Source: the human T2T-CHM13v2.0 reference genome, Homo sapiens. Taken from it: a stretch of 64,000 nucleotides of DNA. Both the position numbers and the translations under genes were made by a program. Location: NCBI RefSeq assembly GCF_009914755.1, contig NC_060929.1, one strand, 5' to 3'. Positions 28,660-43,014 of the stretch are shown piece by piece. Positions within the stretch are counted from its first letter, which is position 1. Each line of letters begins with the position of its first letter. Below the pieces are notes generated by a model. It was given only the letters and a program-made list of their open reading frames with translations, did not search any database and had not been told where the DNA came from.

Positions 28660-30450
28660 GTGCCATCATCCACTAGGAAGTCCTGTTGATTCTGCCTTCT
28701 CAATATGCGATGCTGACCACCTCTCCTATCCCACCTTAGTCTGAGCCGCTGCCATTTATCCCTAGATTTGTGTAGTAGTAGCCTTCTAGCATGTCTTCCT
28801 GCTTTAGTTCAACCTTTGCCCTCCTATGATCAGTCTCCATCCAGCTCTCAGAGTGATTTTTGTGGGGTGTGAGCTGCTCCTGCTCAGAACCTTCCAGTGG
28901 ATGCCCACTGTCTTCCGTGATCCGGCTTCCTGCCGTGTCTCACTCATTCCCTCTAGCCTCATTGGACTCTGCCTTTTCTTGAGCACTTCAAGCATGTTCC
29001 TGTGTCAGGGCTGATTATTCCCTGTTTCTAAAATACTCTCTTCCTACCCCTTCAACTTTTTTTTAAATCCCAAACCTGTTTTTAAAAAGTTGAAAAAATT
29101 GTACGACCATGTTCATCTTGATTCACCAGTTAACACTTGCCACATTTGCTCTTTCTCCCCTTCCTTCTCTCTTAGCCCCTAGATGTATTTAAACATTTTT
29201 TTCTCCTGGACCATTTGAGAGTAATTTGCAGACATTCAGGCACTTCACCCCTAAATACTTAAGCATGTATCTCCTAAGAATAAGTATATTCTCCTATATA
29301 ACTATATTATTATTATGGCGTTAAAATTGAACATCATTATATGGGCTATGTCAGCTTTCTCCTGCTGTTTCAAAAAATGTGTCTGTGAAAGTTTTTTTTT
29401 TTTTATGTCAGAATCCAGTTAAAGATCATATGTTCCATTGAGTTGTTGTATCTCTTTCTTTAGTCTCCTTCAATTGAGAAAGTTATACTGTCTTTCTTCT
29501 TCCCTCAGTACTAGACAACTTTTCTGTTGAACATCCCACAATTTCAGTTTATCTGATGGCTTTGTCATCTTTAGATTCAGGTTAAACATATTTGCCAAGA
29601 ACAGGTGATGATGTCCTCCTCATAGCATCACACCAGGAAGTCCAAAAGCTGGTGTCTGCCAGATTTTCCCTTTATGGTGACTATGCCTTTACCTTATTAA
29701 GTAATCTCTGGGGTAAAATTTTTAGTCCATATGAATATACTCTTCACAACAAGATTTCACCCAGTGGTTTTTGCTTTCATTGATGACCTTGCTCAAATCA
29801 TTTATTACATTGCTGTTTGTCACAGTTGTTTATTTCTATTAATTGGTGTTCTTCAGTTGAAGAATATTCCCTCCTTTCTCTCCCTTCATTTTTAGGAAGA
29901 TTGACTCATACATTTTTCTATAGAATAAAATGGAAGACAAATACATATTTGATGTGTAGTAATCTATAACCAGCATTCCTCTTTTTGTTGGTCAAGTTGT
30001 CCTAAAATTCATCAGTGGGAAGCAGAAGCTCTTTAAGCTGGCTCCTGGGTCCTTTTAACATGATGCAATTAATCTTTGAGCACCTCCTCACTTTCTGGCA
30101 CAGGATGTTCTAGCTGTCCAGAGCAGCTAAAGGAACACTGAAATGATACCTGAGTGGCGCTCTCCTTCACTTCCTTAGCATCTATAGTAAATGTTACTGT
30201 ATCAAAGGCCTTCCCCGGCCACTCTATGAGAACACCACCACCATCTTTTGGACTGCTTCATGATGTTTCTTATAGCGAATATCTCACCTGATATATAACA
30301 TTTATTTATTTGTTTATTTATCCTACCCAACTAGCATGAAACCTACAAATTACAAGGGATTTGCCTATTTTGGTTATCATTGAGTCCCTAGTATCTGGCA
30401 CATAATGTGACCTCAACAACTACTTGTTATAGAAATGAATGAATGAACGA
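28660..30450. mobile_element. L2 (+) interrupted by an old antisense L1M segment (~29060-30130)
   Basis: L2 motifs (agaaccttccagtggatgccc; 3' end gaatgaatgaatgaa near 30435) and L1MC/ME-like sequence (cacttcacccctaaatacttaagcatgtatctcctaagaa). Confidence 0.6.
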
Positions 30451-31022
30451 ATTCATCCCCACCTTGAGCCTACATCAAGCTTTTCCAGATGAGCTGCCAC
30501 TGCTTTTCTATTTCATGACACTGAGATGAATCAGACTGACTGCAAGGGGTTTACAGATGTTTGTCTGGAGTTCGTTGCAATTTTGCTTCTAGTAGTTTTC
30601 CTGCCTTTGGGTTCTGGTAGTATTCAGAAGTATTACTAACAACGCGTTACAAATGACACTCACTGCAAGGCACTTGTCACGGACAGTGGAAACATTTTAT
30701 GATGCATTTCCTTCGTCTCCAGCTTCTCTGAACAGAAGGTTTGGCCATTTTAGAAATAAAAAATGAAACACTTGACTATGTTAGAACTTTTTACCATGGA
30801 ATCTAATGCTGGCCACTAAAAATTGAGTAGAGTAAGGGTTTTATTTTCTAAATGGAAAAAAATAACTATTTGTTCTGTACATAATACCTTGAAAGCTTTC
30901 ATGGGATTTGCAAAGTATAAGAGTTGTTTCTTATTTTCAGAGAATTTCTATTCTAGCTGAGATGATAAGAATTAAGAGTATGGGTTGGGAATTGTGCATT
31001 AACACTTAATATAGCTGATGTA

Positions 31023-31423
31023 TGTCATGGGCTGAATGGTGGCCCCAAAGATATCAGGTTCTAACCTCTGAAACCTGTAAACATTACCTTACTTAGGAAA
31101 AAAGGAGTCTTTGCAGATGTGATTAATTTAAGGATTTTGAGATGGGGGGATTATCCTGGATTATCTCAATAGTTCCTAAATTCAATCATAAGTGCCCTTG
31201 TGAGAGAGGCCAAGGGGGATTTGGCCCACAGAGAAGCCAGAAGATGCAAGGAGCAGATTCTCCCTGAGAGCCTCACAGGGAGCCTGGCCTATTGACATCT
31301 TGATTTCAGCCCTTTGACACTGATTTCAGATTTCTGGCCTCCAGACTGGGAGAATATATCTCTATTGTTTTAAGCCAACAAGTTTGCTGTCATTTGTTAC
31401 AGCTGCTGCAGGAAGCAAATGCA
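31023..31423 (+). mobile_element. MLT1 (MLT1D-like) LTR
   Basis: tgtcatgggctgaatggtggcccc...tttgcagatgtgattaa...ttgttacagctgctgcaggaagcaaatgca. Confidence 0.82.
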
Positions 31424-31752
31424 GTGGTAAACTGCATTCTCTTGTTTTTCCTGGGACCCTGAAATGACAAAGTGAGGACAGTGTGGTGAGCACTTTCACG
31501 TTCATGTTACAGAAGAAGGAGCCCAGGAGTAAGGGAGCCCAGTGACTTAAACCAGCTTTTCCAACTCTGAGCCCAGTGCGCCTTTCACTGTGGCCCCCTG
31601 CCTCCTCCTAGTGACTAGAACCAGTGCTCACAGAGTGCTCATCATGATAGTTTAAAAAAGACAGACCACTGTGGCAGGAGAGATTAAGGACAAGTGTGTG
31701 TAAGGTAGAAACACAAGGGCATCCTTAAAGGAGAAAAATAGTGAGAGAGTCA

Positions 31753-32104
<352 letters not shown>

Positions 32105-33210
32105 AAATGCTGTTTAACTTTCCAGGTGTTGGATGCCTCTGAGCATTGTATCCATGTGTCTGTCTGTGCATGGAGAAGAGAATCCCTTGCCATGTAGTTG
32201 ACAGCACATTTTAGCTTTACCTCATGGGATCATTGCGTCTGCTGTTGCCATGTGCATGTACCATGTACATGTGGGTAACACTAACATGAGACTCCAAGAA
32301 AAAGCCATGGGATGAACTGGATGGTTCCAGCCCTGCGAGGCATTACCCCTTTCTGGAACGCACTCAGATAGGCTCACTCCTTCTTCCTGGCAGCCATCAG
32401 AGTTCTGCTGCAGGCCCTGCTGTGAACTGCTCCAGGCCTCTTGATCTGCACTGCTGCCACCTCTGCATATATGATTGGGCCTTCCTGTTCTCTAGTTTAC
32501 TAAACAGTCATTTTGCTTCTGTGAGCCAAGCACAATACTGGGGAGATGAAGATTAAAAAGGATTCCATCCCTCCCCTCAGGGAGCTCTCGGACTTGTATG
32601 GGAAATAGAAAGGGAACTAGCTTGACTGAAGTGTGATAGCAGAAGTATGGAGAAAGTAATCTCATGCTCTCCCTCTGCCCACAACTTTGGAGAAAAGAAC
32701 AATGTGTTTAATGCACAGGTCTTTGCAGGCTCATCTGGGAACCAGGAGATAGAAGGGATTCCGTAGGCTCTAGCATTCAGGAGGGAGATCTGGACAATTA
32801 ACATCCCCACAGTGTTGATCTGGAGATTTTGGTGTGATGATTATAATGTGTTATAATTCTTTACCCATGACCTTTATGAGACTTGTAAACTACCTGGGAG
32901 CCTTGATCCTGTGGGCTTCCTATTTAGCTCAGTTTGAGATTAAATAGAATATGGATAACTAAGTACCCTTTTTAACACTTCTAGTAGCCACTGACCCCTA
33001 TTCTCAACTTCTTTGCATCTATAGTTTTCTATTGATGATGATTGGAAATATAAAAGGAACTAAATTGTATAGACATCATGTAGAGAGTGGCAGGCCAAGA
33101 GCTTTAAACCAAGCGACAGATCTCTGTGGCATTGGGGTGTAGGGTCAGCATCAGGGCTGATATAGAAAGTCTCACCTTCATGAATATGGGGATCCTTTCT
33201 ATTATCAGAC

Positions 33211-33501
<291 letters not shown>

Positions 33502-34499
33502 TATCAGACATTTTTAGAACACCCCACATGATCTCTTGATTGAGAAAGTAGAAAAAGCAGAAAATGACTGCAAACTCAGAGCATTTAATTTTTTTATTGA
33601 TCACAACAGCAGTTGTACACATTTGGGGGGAAAAGAAAACAAACCTCCTGCCCCTATGCATGATCTTGTTTATTCAGTTTATTGTCAGTGTTTAGACCCA
33701 TAAATCCCTCATAATAGCTTCTTGGGCATGAGTCACTGTTCCTCACCTTGATGGTCCCCATCAAGTTCTGCTCTTGGGTTTACATTAGCTGTTGTTTCTT
33801 TCCAAAAGGAAAAAAGATTATATATGACTACAGTTAGAGAAATCAATGAAATGTCATTTGATTCTGTTAGTTTTTTGTGAAAACAGAATCGAAAGGCTTT
33901 GGCATAAAATGTAGTTTATTGTTTTGTCAGTTCTGTGTATAGGTTTGTGCATTCCAGTGGCATCTTAGAAAATACTGGCAACTACACAGGATTCGAACTC
34001 AGAACCTAGAACCCAGTGATCATCCTGTCTCCAAAGGCATTTTTATTTTTATTCTCTGCTTCTTTGAAGCTTCAAAGTAGATTTTCTTTTTCAGTGTAAA
34101 ATCAGCTGCCTAAGGTACTGTTGCTGTAAAATCACACACATAAATTTTTATATTGATTGCTTATTTTGAGGCATTGTTTTGTTATATGCACAAGTTTATG
34201 AATTTGACTGTGAATGAACATGAAAGAAGATATACTTTGAAATCATTGTGGTCACTTTAACACAGAACTAAAAGCTAAAATCAGAAATCTTTCTAGTAAA
34301 GTAAAATGCACTCCTCTATTCTCCCCTTCACTTTCTGAATTTTACAGTTTTTTAAGTACATCCAAGGTTGGGTGAGTTGTAGTAATGAGAGTAGGGTTTA
34401 CTAAAGGAAGTAAAGACCTAAAATGCTCCTATTCTAGTTATTCTGTGTTTTAAAATCAGTCTTTAGGAAGTCTTCTTAAAACATTTTGTAAGCTACGGC

Positions 34500-35400
34500 A
34501 TATCAGCAAATATAACCCACTTTTGTTAGGTTGCTGTACTAATGCTGTGGGAAGGATACCAAGAAGAGAAGATGTTCTTCTTTTAGTTTTAAGTAACAAT
34601 TTAGTTAAGTTAGACACCTGAAAAAATGTACAGAGCTATGAATGCTACATGAGTGGTACAACCAGAGGCCATGAGAATTTAGGATCAGGATTTAAACTGG
34701 ACTATGAAGTTTGATTCGGGGCTAAGTACATGGAAAGGAGGAGAGAAGATCACTGGGGATGAGCAGAAGGGTAGGAGTGAAAGGGATGATGTAGACATGT
34801 ATGTTCAAGGATGCTAGGTAAGCCAGCTTGCCTGAGAGCTAATATAAAGTCAGCATGAGGACAGAAGGGATTTTTGTGGAAGAGGAACATTGGAAATAGA
34901 CTATAGTGTTTCACTTGCTAGTCTTGAGCTTTCTTTTTTCGGTGTAGGACATGTCTGGAGGTTTTTTAACTAGCAAAATAGAATAACATGGTAGCTTAGT
35001 AAGATTTCTGCATAGGAGAAACTTGGTCTGAATAGAGTAGAAGGAAAGTGCAGAAAAGGAATGATGAAGAGCTGAAGAAAGGCAGGCTTGAGAAGGGGAA
35101 GGAAGAATGGAAGGCATTGTGAAAGAAGAGTTGACAGGACCTGCTGAAGGATGGGAGGCTTTTTACGCAGATTGGGAGAATTGCTATATCTCAGATAGAA
35201 GCAGGGATAACAATCCATTTTGAAGATAACAGTTTCACTTTTAGCTATGGTTAGTAATATCGAACCTAAAAATGATGGCACAGCAGCCAAGTAGAAAGGT
35301 CCAGCCTGCTGTTGGAGATGCACCCTAGGGAGAATGTTCGGAACTTCATATATAATGTAGATGAAGGTGTAGGAGGTGTCAACAGAGACACTGAGTCCTC
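34500..35400 (-). mobile_element. Degenerate L2 LINE
   Basis: Purine-rich L2-like segments; boundaries approximate. Confidence 0.45.
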
Positions 35401-38400
35401 TTTAAAATTGTGAGTAGCGGGGGCAGATGCTCGGCAAAATCCACCTTGCTCCTTGTTCCTGTGGTTTAGGTCTGGACTAAGAAAAAAAAATAGTCATTAG
35501 TTTGGGGAAGCATGTTCAGCTGCAACCTGCAACTGAGATTTCTTGAGTTCAGTTAACTAGGGAGTAAGCCTGGTGTTCTGCTTTGGAGAAACACCTGAAT
35601 GGCCTTAAGGTCCAATTTGGGTTCACCCTCTAGATCCGCTAGAGATGCCCCAGAAGCTAGAGAATGATCCTTGGTTGTGGGGCAGGGACACATTTGTTTT
35701 TTCTTTCTACTACTAGGATTGGGCTACTGGAATTGAATGTCGTTAATACATCAAACTGGCTGTCAAGAGACCAAATGAGCTTGCTTTTGAGGTCCTTTTC
35801 ACACTCCAGACACACTCCAGAAATTTCAGGCAATAATTTGTCCACCTTGCAGGTGCTCTACATATATTTTTAGAAAATGTCATTGAACTTTGTGAGAAAC
35901 AATGGTTATTGGAGCTCTTCTAGCCCCGTGGCTCACAGTCATTAAGTGTGTAATTCACATGTGTATAGAATACATTTAACTCAGAACTGTCTGCCTAATA
36001 CGAGTACAGACAGTTGTTATGGATCTGACCAAATTTTGCAGAACAATTCTGAATGATGTCATCTTTAATTTGTTGAGGGAAAATCCTCAGGCACCACTAT
36101 TATTGCAAGATTTTTGTGTGTAGAAGTTATCTGAGGAAGAATATATGCCTTCCTAACTTCAAGCTACTTGCTGGATGCAAAATTCTTTTTGGATATAAAG
36201 AAATGTTTTATCAGTTCTGAATAGCTGGGCTGGGGGAGTAGATGAAATTTACTGTCTCTTGCGGTGGCTGAGATGTACATATCTGGCCAGAGATAAGTCC
36301 CCCAGGGGTCAAGGATGGCCTGGTGAGTAGAGCCAGCTGCAGCCACAATGCTAGATGCATGACAACGCCTCACACTTGGCTGTGTGTTCATCACTTATAC
36401 CCACCTCCTTTGAAAAGGATTTAAGGTAGTTTACAATAGAAACATATATGAAATTAGTTAAAAAGGATAAGCAAGACCTCAAACTCTAAGATACTTTTAT
36501 GTGGCACTTGAGTAAGATAACTAATCTAATTGAGGTCTGAATTTAGCTAAGTTTCTGCTAGTCAAAGCTAAAAGGGAAACAGGATTGATCCCACTGACTA
36601 AAGAAACCATGTGTGGTTTTGGAGCTCTATGCCTTGTCCTCACGTGGAATTTTACAAGAAATCTTTCGTGAAATGGCTGATGACCTCAATTCATCAGAAA
36701 GGGTGAAAATATATTTTAAACGAGTCCTTTTTAGTATGGTTCAACAAAGAAGGTTGTAAGTTCTGTGTTTGTTGCAAGAATATTGCTTTCCAGCAATGAT
36801 CTAATTCATCTAGGGCCAGAACTCAGAGATAATGTTTACGTAGCGTGTCTCTCTTTGCCTTTCAGTTATCACTCTTCTCCACCTAATTTCGATCATTTCC
36901 AAGGAATCTTCAGTTTTAGAATAAATGCTCTGGCTGGGCCTAGAAAGTGTAGGTATTCTGGGGCAGTCAAGAAGAGAGCCTTCTGCTTCTGACGTTGGCA
37001 AAGAGCCTGAGGACTGGCAGTAACAAGTCACCCCCTCTTACCCGAGGAAGTGAACTGCAGGGATGTTAGCTGATCAGGACATTTTTTTTTCTCATGAAAG
37101 AATAAAGACTATGCTAAAGAAAAAATAGTGCTGGACTGAGACTCCAAAGCTCTGCACAGTGGAGTATGGGAGAGATCGTTTGGGCATAGAAATTTTAAAG
37201 TCATAAGTTTGTAACCCTGTGCCTTTTCCATTTACCTCATATTATGGTAAAACATGTGACTTTGAGTGGCACCACTTATTTTTAAGCCTCCAAGTGGGAT
37301 TGTTTTGCAAAATGTTATCTGAAATAGCTGAATATATTGATTTGATGAATACAGCTATTTAATAATGTTCTTATTTATTGGAAATTATCCGCTCAAAATA
37401 GAAATTTGTTTTGGAAAGACATTGGACTATGCAGTCAATTGTTCGTTTCTCTACTTTAGGAATGGCTAATAATAGATACTTTCTGACCACATCCACTCAG
37501 AACTTTGTGTTGAGAAAGATTCTGAGGCTCCGTCTGGGACTTAGTGGCTGAAAACTGTATAATCAATCAGCAGTATTTACTGCGGTGATGGAAGGATGGG
37601 GGTGGGGATGGCAGCACCTGCGCCAGGGATTTGCCAATGGAAATTGAGTTCAGAAACTGGCAGAGTTGCATTGAATTTATTTTGTCAGAAATTGGCCAGA
37701 AGCTTCAGATGCTTCTAAAAACATCCTTAGTTTGTTGTTCTTGGAGAACATGAATTTCATAGCCCTATAAACAGATTTGGGTTTTTGACAGAGAATGCAG
37801 ACTAGGGCCAAGCTTATTTTTGCCCCATTTAAATTTGAGATTTCATTTTTCAAGAGAGGCTCTGACCCACTTTGATTCTGAGGGCTGTAAAGTAGTATTG
37901 CTTCTGGAGGAGCATTAAAAACTCAGTGTCTCTGCCAAGATCAGTTGGCTCAGTAATTGTTAAGTGCTCTCTAATTTGAGGACACTTCTCACACACAAAC
38001 TCTTGATTCTCATAAAAACCCAATGAGATCATTCTTACTCTTTGTTTATTTGAACTTTATCCCATGATTTTTTATTGTGTTTGAGGCAGCCATAAAGTGA
38101 TTTGAGGCCTCAATTTTGTGGGAATAGGTAGAATAGGTAGAGTTGTTTGATGATGTTATTCTTATTTTAAAGATGAGGAAATCAGGATTTACAGAGAGAG
38201 ATTAACTTGTCCGGAGTCTTACAAACTAGGAAGTGGCAAGGCCAGGATCCAGTCTGCTCCTGTATAATGGCCTTGCACATCTCAGCTTTCTGTAGGTGAC
38301 ATGTTCTTTTTTCCTTTTACATCATCGGCCTTATCCCATTCTGAAACATGAGCATCCTGTGTTTGAGAGTGTGTGCTTTCTTTTAACTTCTCCATTTTTC

Positions 38401-40059
38401 CTTACTTAGGGAGACTAAAGTCGATTCTAATAACAATTTGGTAAAGTGTCTCACTTGGCATGGAGGGTCACTTAGAGATGTAATATCGAGTGATCTGAAT
38501 GTGTCTGGACACCATGACCTGCCTAACTAGGAAAATTATGTCATAAAAGAATATTTATTTATTAAAGTGTGTATTTCTGAAGCCACCGTGACAATCTATT
38601 AGAATCTCCTGTTGGTAGTCAGGGATAACTAGCACATCCTAAAACAATGACATCAATAAAAAGCACTTAAAGAGCTGACATTAGAAACAAAACTCATGTT
38701 CCCCTTGAGAATGTCATATTGCAGCTTAAGCCCATACCCTGGGCTGCCTTGGCTTAGTAACAGCATCTTGCTTTGACAGCCTTTTGTTCTCCCTAGCTGA
38801 TATTCTGGCGGCGGATATCAGCACATCAGTTAATGTGCTTTCCCTCCTGTAGGAACTGATTTGACTACAGTTATGTTACCTCATATTTTCTCCCTCATTA
38901 AAGTGCCTATTTGCAATTTGTTCGAAGGAGGTTGCCAGCCTGCAACCACTGTTGGAGCGTGGTGCCCTTTTACTGGTGATTAATTTGCACAACTATACAG
39001 GGTTCATTGTCTAGCTGGATTTAGTTTTCATATCAATCTGAATTACACTAAAATAGATATCAAGGAATGCTGCCCCATTCATCAGGAGAGTTATAGCTTT
39101 TATTGAGCACATAGCATTTATATAGGATTTTTATTTAGGAAGCTAAGTGGTGAATATTGCCTTGACTATGTAGCTGACTTCATTTCGTGGAGGTAGATAC
39201 ATGGTTTCAAGTTCCAACCCTTTGCTGCCACTGAGCTTTTCTTGTGCTCATCATACCTATATGTACCTTCTTCATTAGGAGGATATGAAATGTCAGAAGT
39301 AGTCAGTTTCTGCTCTAGGCAGCATTTGTGGGTGAGATCCCTGGTCAAACCAATGCATAGATTTAGTTTTGGAGACAATAGTTAATGTCACTTATTTCTG
39401 AGGAGCTGCTTTTCCATGATGACAGACGGCCATCCCTTAGCTTTGTTCCAGAATCTGTATGTGTGACTTTGGAGCTGATCATTTTCATGATTTTGATAGA
39501 AGCTAGAATTTGGGATTCTGCTTTAATGGTGAAGAGAAGGTTATTTTAGTATGCCTGGATCTCCCTCTGAGATATTTTAACCTACCATTTGCATGACACT
39601 TGCTTTAAGGGACTTGGGGCTATTTGTGTAGTATCTCTAAGTGCCAGTTTCCTCATCTGTATATTGGGGAAGTTCACATTAATCTTTCCATGTTTGAGGA
39701 TCATTAAGTACCAGGCACAGGGGAAATGATTAGTAAATAGTTTCTACAAAACTGAGGGGGAGGGGAATGGGGAGGGATTAGAGGTATTTGCTTTTGTCAT
39801 GTTGTGATTTGGTTATTTCATTGTGTAATGTTGTGATTTGTCAACAGAGGTTTTATGCCAGTGTTATGACTTTACACAAAGCCTTAGTAGAGGTGGAGCT
39901 CCTGAAGGAATACAAAGATGTAACCTATGACTTCAGATAGTGGGGTTTACAGAGTGAAATATTGTTCAATTCAAACAGAGGAGGACAGAGAAAGAAGTCC
40001 TGGACCATGCCTCTCAAAATCTTTTGGCTGACAGTGCTTAGTGGTAACACAGAGGAGGC

Positions 40060-41490
40060 ACTGTATTCATTCACACAATCTTCATTTCAGCAAGTGTTTT
40101 TGAGAAGCTACCACCAGCCAGGCTGTGTTCTAGGCTTTAGGGATACGGTGACAGACAGGATAGAGAAAGTCTCTGCTCTCATGGAGCTTATATCCCAGTG
40201 GGGTGCAGGGATTTGGAGAAGAGGATGTAACATAAACCAGAAAAACACTGGAGGAGTGACAAGTGAGCTGCAGAGAAGTAAAACAGGGGAGTCCATGGCT
40301 TCTTTCTTCCTGAAGGAGTGGCATGCGAGCTGGAACTAAATGACCAGAAGGCAACAGCCATGAGAAAACCAAAGCAAAAGCCTCCCAAGTAAAGAGGCCA
40401 CCCAGGGCAGAAGCAAGCTAAAGAAGAGTGGTGTGGGCACAGGGCACACATGTGGATGAGTGGGCAGAGAGGCAGGGCCAGGTCCACAAGACTTCATAAG
40501 TTGGAGTAAGGAGATTGGGCTTTCCTTTAAGCAGGATGGAAAGAAAGCACTTGATATTTTTATTTTTTTGTTTTAAGTTCCGGGATATAAGTGCAGAATG
40601 TGCAGGTTTGTTACATAGGTATACGTGGAAAACACTTGATATTGTAAAGTAGGGTAATAACATAATCTGATTTGCCTCTTTAAAGTTTCCCTGGTTTCCG
40701 TGTAGAGGGTGGATAGAGCTCAAAAAGTAACTTAGAATGAGAGAGAATGTTGCCTTGGACTACAGGGGTAAATAGTGAAATTGGAGAGAAGTAGATGGAT
40801 TCAGGCTGTGTTCTGAGGGGGAAATGTGTAGGGCTTGCCAAGGGATGAGCTGGAGGATGGGGGCGGGGCGGGGGGCATTGAGGGAAACAGCAAAAACAAG
40901 GATGGGTCCTAGATTGTCCACTGGATGAACAGAAGATCACGGTTCTGTTTACACAGGTGGGGAAGACTTGAGAGGGCGGGGAGCAGGATCGTGGAAGAAA
41001 ATTAAAAGTTTTGTTTTGTTTGTGTTGAATTTGAGATCTTTATATGATACTCATGTGGAATCTGGAATTCTAAGGAGAAGTTAGGTCTGGAGAAGTAAAT
41101 TTGGGACTTTTAGGAAAGTAGGTGGTGTACAGGGCCAGGGGACTGGATGAAGTCAACTAGTGAGAAGTAGCTTCAGGACAGATTCCTGAGACACTGCAGA
41201 TTGAAATATCATGCTGAGGATCTGGAGGAGGCATGACCAGAGATTAGGAGGAAGACCAGCCAGGTGATTTCAAAGAAGCGGAATGAAGGAGGAGTTTCAC
41301 ACAGGAGAGTGGTCTTCTGTGTGGAGTGATGCTGATCCTTCATTAGGAGGATATGAAATGTCAGATGCTGAAAGGTCTCTGCCCATCTGTGCACAGACCA
41401 TGGAATTAAAGGACCATTTTGGGGAGGGTTCAGGAGAGGTAGGTGAGTAGAAGGTAGAATGCAGGTGCTGGAAGAAATGTTCAATCAAAG
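40060..41490 (-). mobile_element. L2 LINE
   Basis: tattcattc...caagtgtttttgag...ccaggctgtgttctagg...ctctgctctcatggagctta 3' end plus downstream L2 body. Confidence 0.7.
40559..40627 (-). mobile_element. Extremely 5'-truncated L1PA 3' end (69 bp)
   Basis: ttttaagttccggg...atgtgcaggtttgttacataggta is the antisense L1PA terminus; 16-bp TSD GAAA(G/A)CACTTGATATT at 40543-40558 and 40628-40643. Confidence 0.85.
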
Positions 41491-42544
41491 ACAAAGGCCC
41501 TTAACATGCCAGCAGCTTGAGGGGCCCTAGATTTTCCTGCTGGGCAAATTGGAGTTCTGGATCTTTGAAAGGTACGGAAGAACTTTCCTTTTTGATGCCT
41601 TTCCCTTCTTTGTTACCAAATCAGGTTTATTTTTAGTGCCTGCCTTATCTGAGCAGTAGGCCTGGAATGATTTTATAACCTACCTATTTATTTTCCTTTA
41701 ACCTGTAGCCTGCTTGTGTGTGTCTGTATAGCTGAAAGAGACTTTGAAGTAGGTAAGATACGAGGTTGGGCTTAGAGGAAAGATTAGGTTTTGGGGTAAG
41801 TGGAACAAGGGTGTATGGGGTGGGAAAGGGAATCAAAACAAAGGCAGAGAAGGTAAAAATAACTTTCATATGTGGGGCTGCTTCCTATGTCGTTGAATTA
41901 GAAAAAATAAAATGGCAATGTATTTAGCATAGTAGTGAAAACTCCAGCAGGTGGTATAGCAACAAGGGAAACCTGAGCTTCATTGACTCCTTGCATCTCA
42001 CCTACTTCTAAAAAAGACTCAAGTCATCTACATGTAGACAGCACAGTGTGTAGAACTACTCATTCATCCTGTAAACATATATTGATTGCCAATAATGATC
42101 CCACGGTAGAGGCTGGGATACCAAGATGGGTGACCCATGACCTTCCCTCAAGGAAAACAGACAAAAACAGGTGTAATATAATAACAGACCAGAGGAAAGA
42201 GGATTAATTCTGTCTAATTCCATTTCACCAGGATGTAGAAGTTTGAAAAGTTGTCTATGAGGAAGAGAGGAGGAGGTAGCGAGGCATCCCTTGCTGGGGA
42301 GGGCAGGGTCACAGTGGGAGCAGAGTGCAGGGCAGGTCCCTGGGGAGCACAGAGCTGGGAAGGGCAAGGAAGAAGTGTTAAGTGCAGAGTCTGGAAAGGG
42401 AAACTGAGCCCAAGCGGGACTTGACTTTTATAGAAAGTATGGATCCATATGTTGTTACACAGAGAAATACTTGCTCTTTATTTTAGAAAGAAAATCTGTA
42501 AATGTGCATCATATCACTCTGTCTTTTTCTCTGTTTATTTTTAG

Positions 42545-42587
42545 CCCTGTGTGTCCAAATGCTGGGAGAACATCACCCCTTGGATGA
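42545..42587 (+). CDS. MAST4: MAST4 alternative terminal exon coding part: xPVCPNAGRTSPLG* (short kinase-less isoforms)
   Basis: Long polypyrimidine tract and tttAG| acceptor, phase-2 reading ends at TGA 42585-42587, PAS 15 nt later; C-terminal peptide recalled from a short MAST4 isoform. Confidence 0.75.
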
Positions 42588-42598
42588 ATTGCCACCAC

Positions 42599-42640
42599 AT
42601 TAAATAAAACATATCCAAAGCTCATATTGTTTCCTTTCCA
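42599..42640 (+). terminator. Intronic polyadenylation site (overlapping ATTAAA/AATAAA, CA cleavage ~42624, U-rich downstream element)
   Basis: cacATTAAATAAAacatatccaaagctCAtattgtttcctttcc. Confidence 0.75.
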
Positions 42641-42715
42641 GTACTTTCTCTCTGTCTTTCCATATAGACATATATATATTAAAAATATATATGTATGAAT
42701 TTATATATATATATA

Positions 42716-43014
42716 TATTTATTTATTTATTTATTTATTTTGAGACAGGGTCTCACTCTGTTGCTCAGGCTGGAGGGCAGTAACACGATCATAGCTCACT
42801 GCAGCCTCAAGCTCCTGGGTTCAGTTGATCCTCCCACTTCCTGAGTAGCTGGGACTACAGGTGCACATCACCATGCCTGGCTAATTTTTTATTTTTTAGA
42901 GATAGGGTCTCGCTATGTTGGTCAGACTGGTCTTGACCTCCTGGCCTCAAGCAATGCTCCCACCTCAGCCACCTGAGAAGCCAGGATTATAGGCATAAGC
43001 CACCACGTCCAGCT
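42716..43014 (-). mobile_element. AluJ-like with (TTTA)n tail abutting a (TA)n tract
   Basis: Antisense Alu with gatcatagctcactgcagcctc. Confidence 0.92.
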
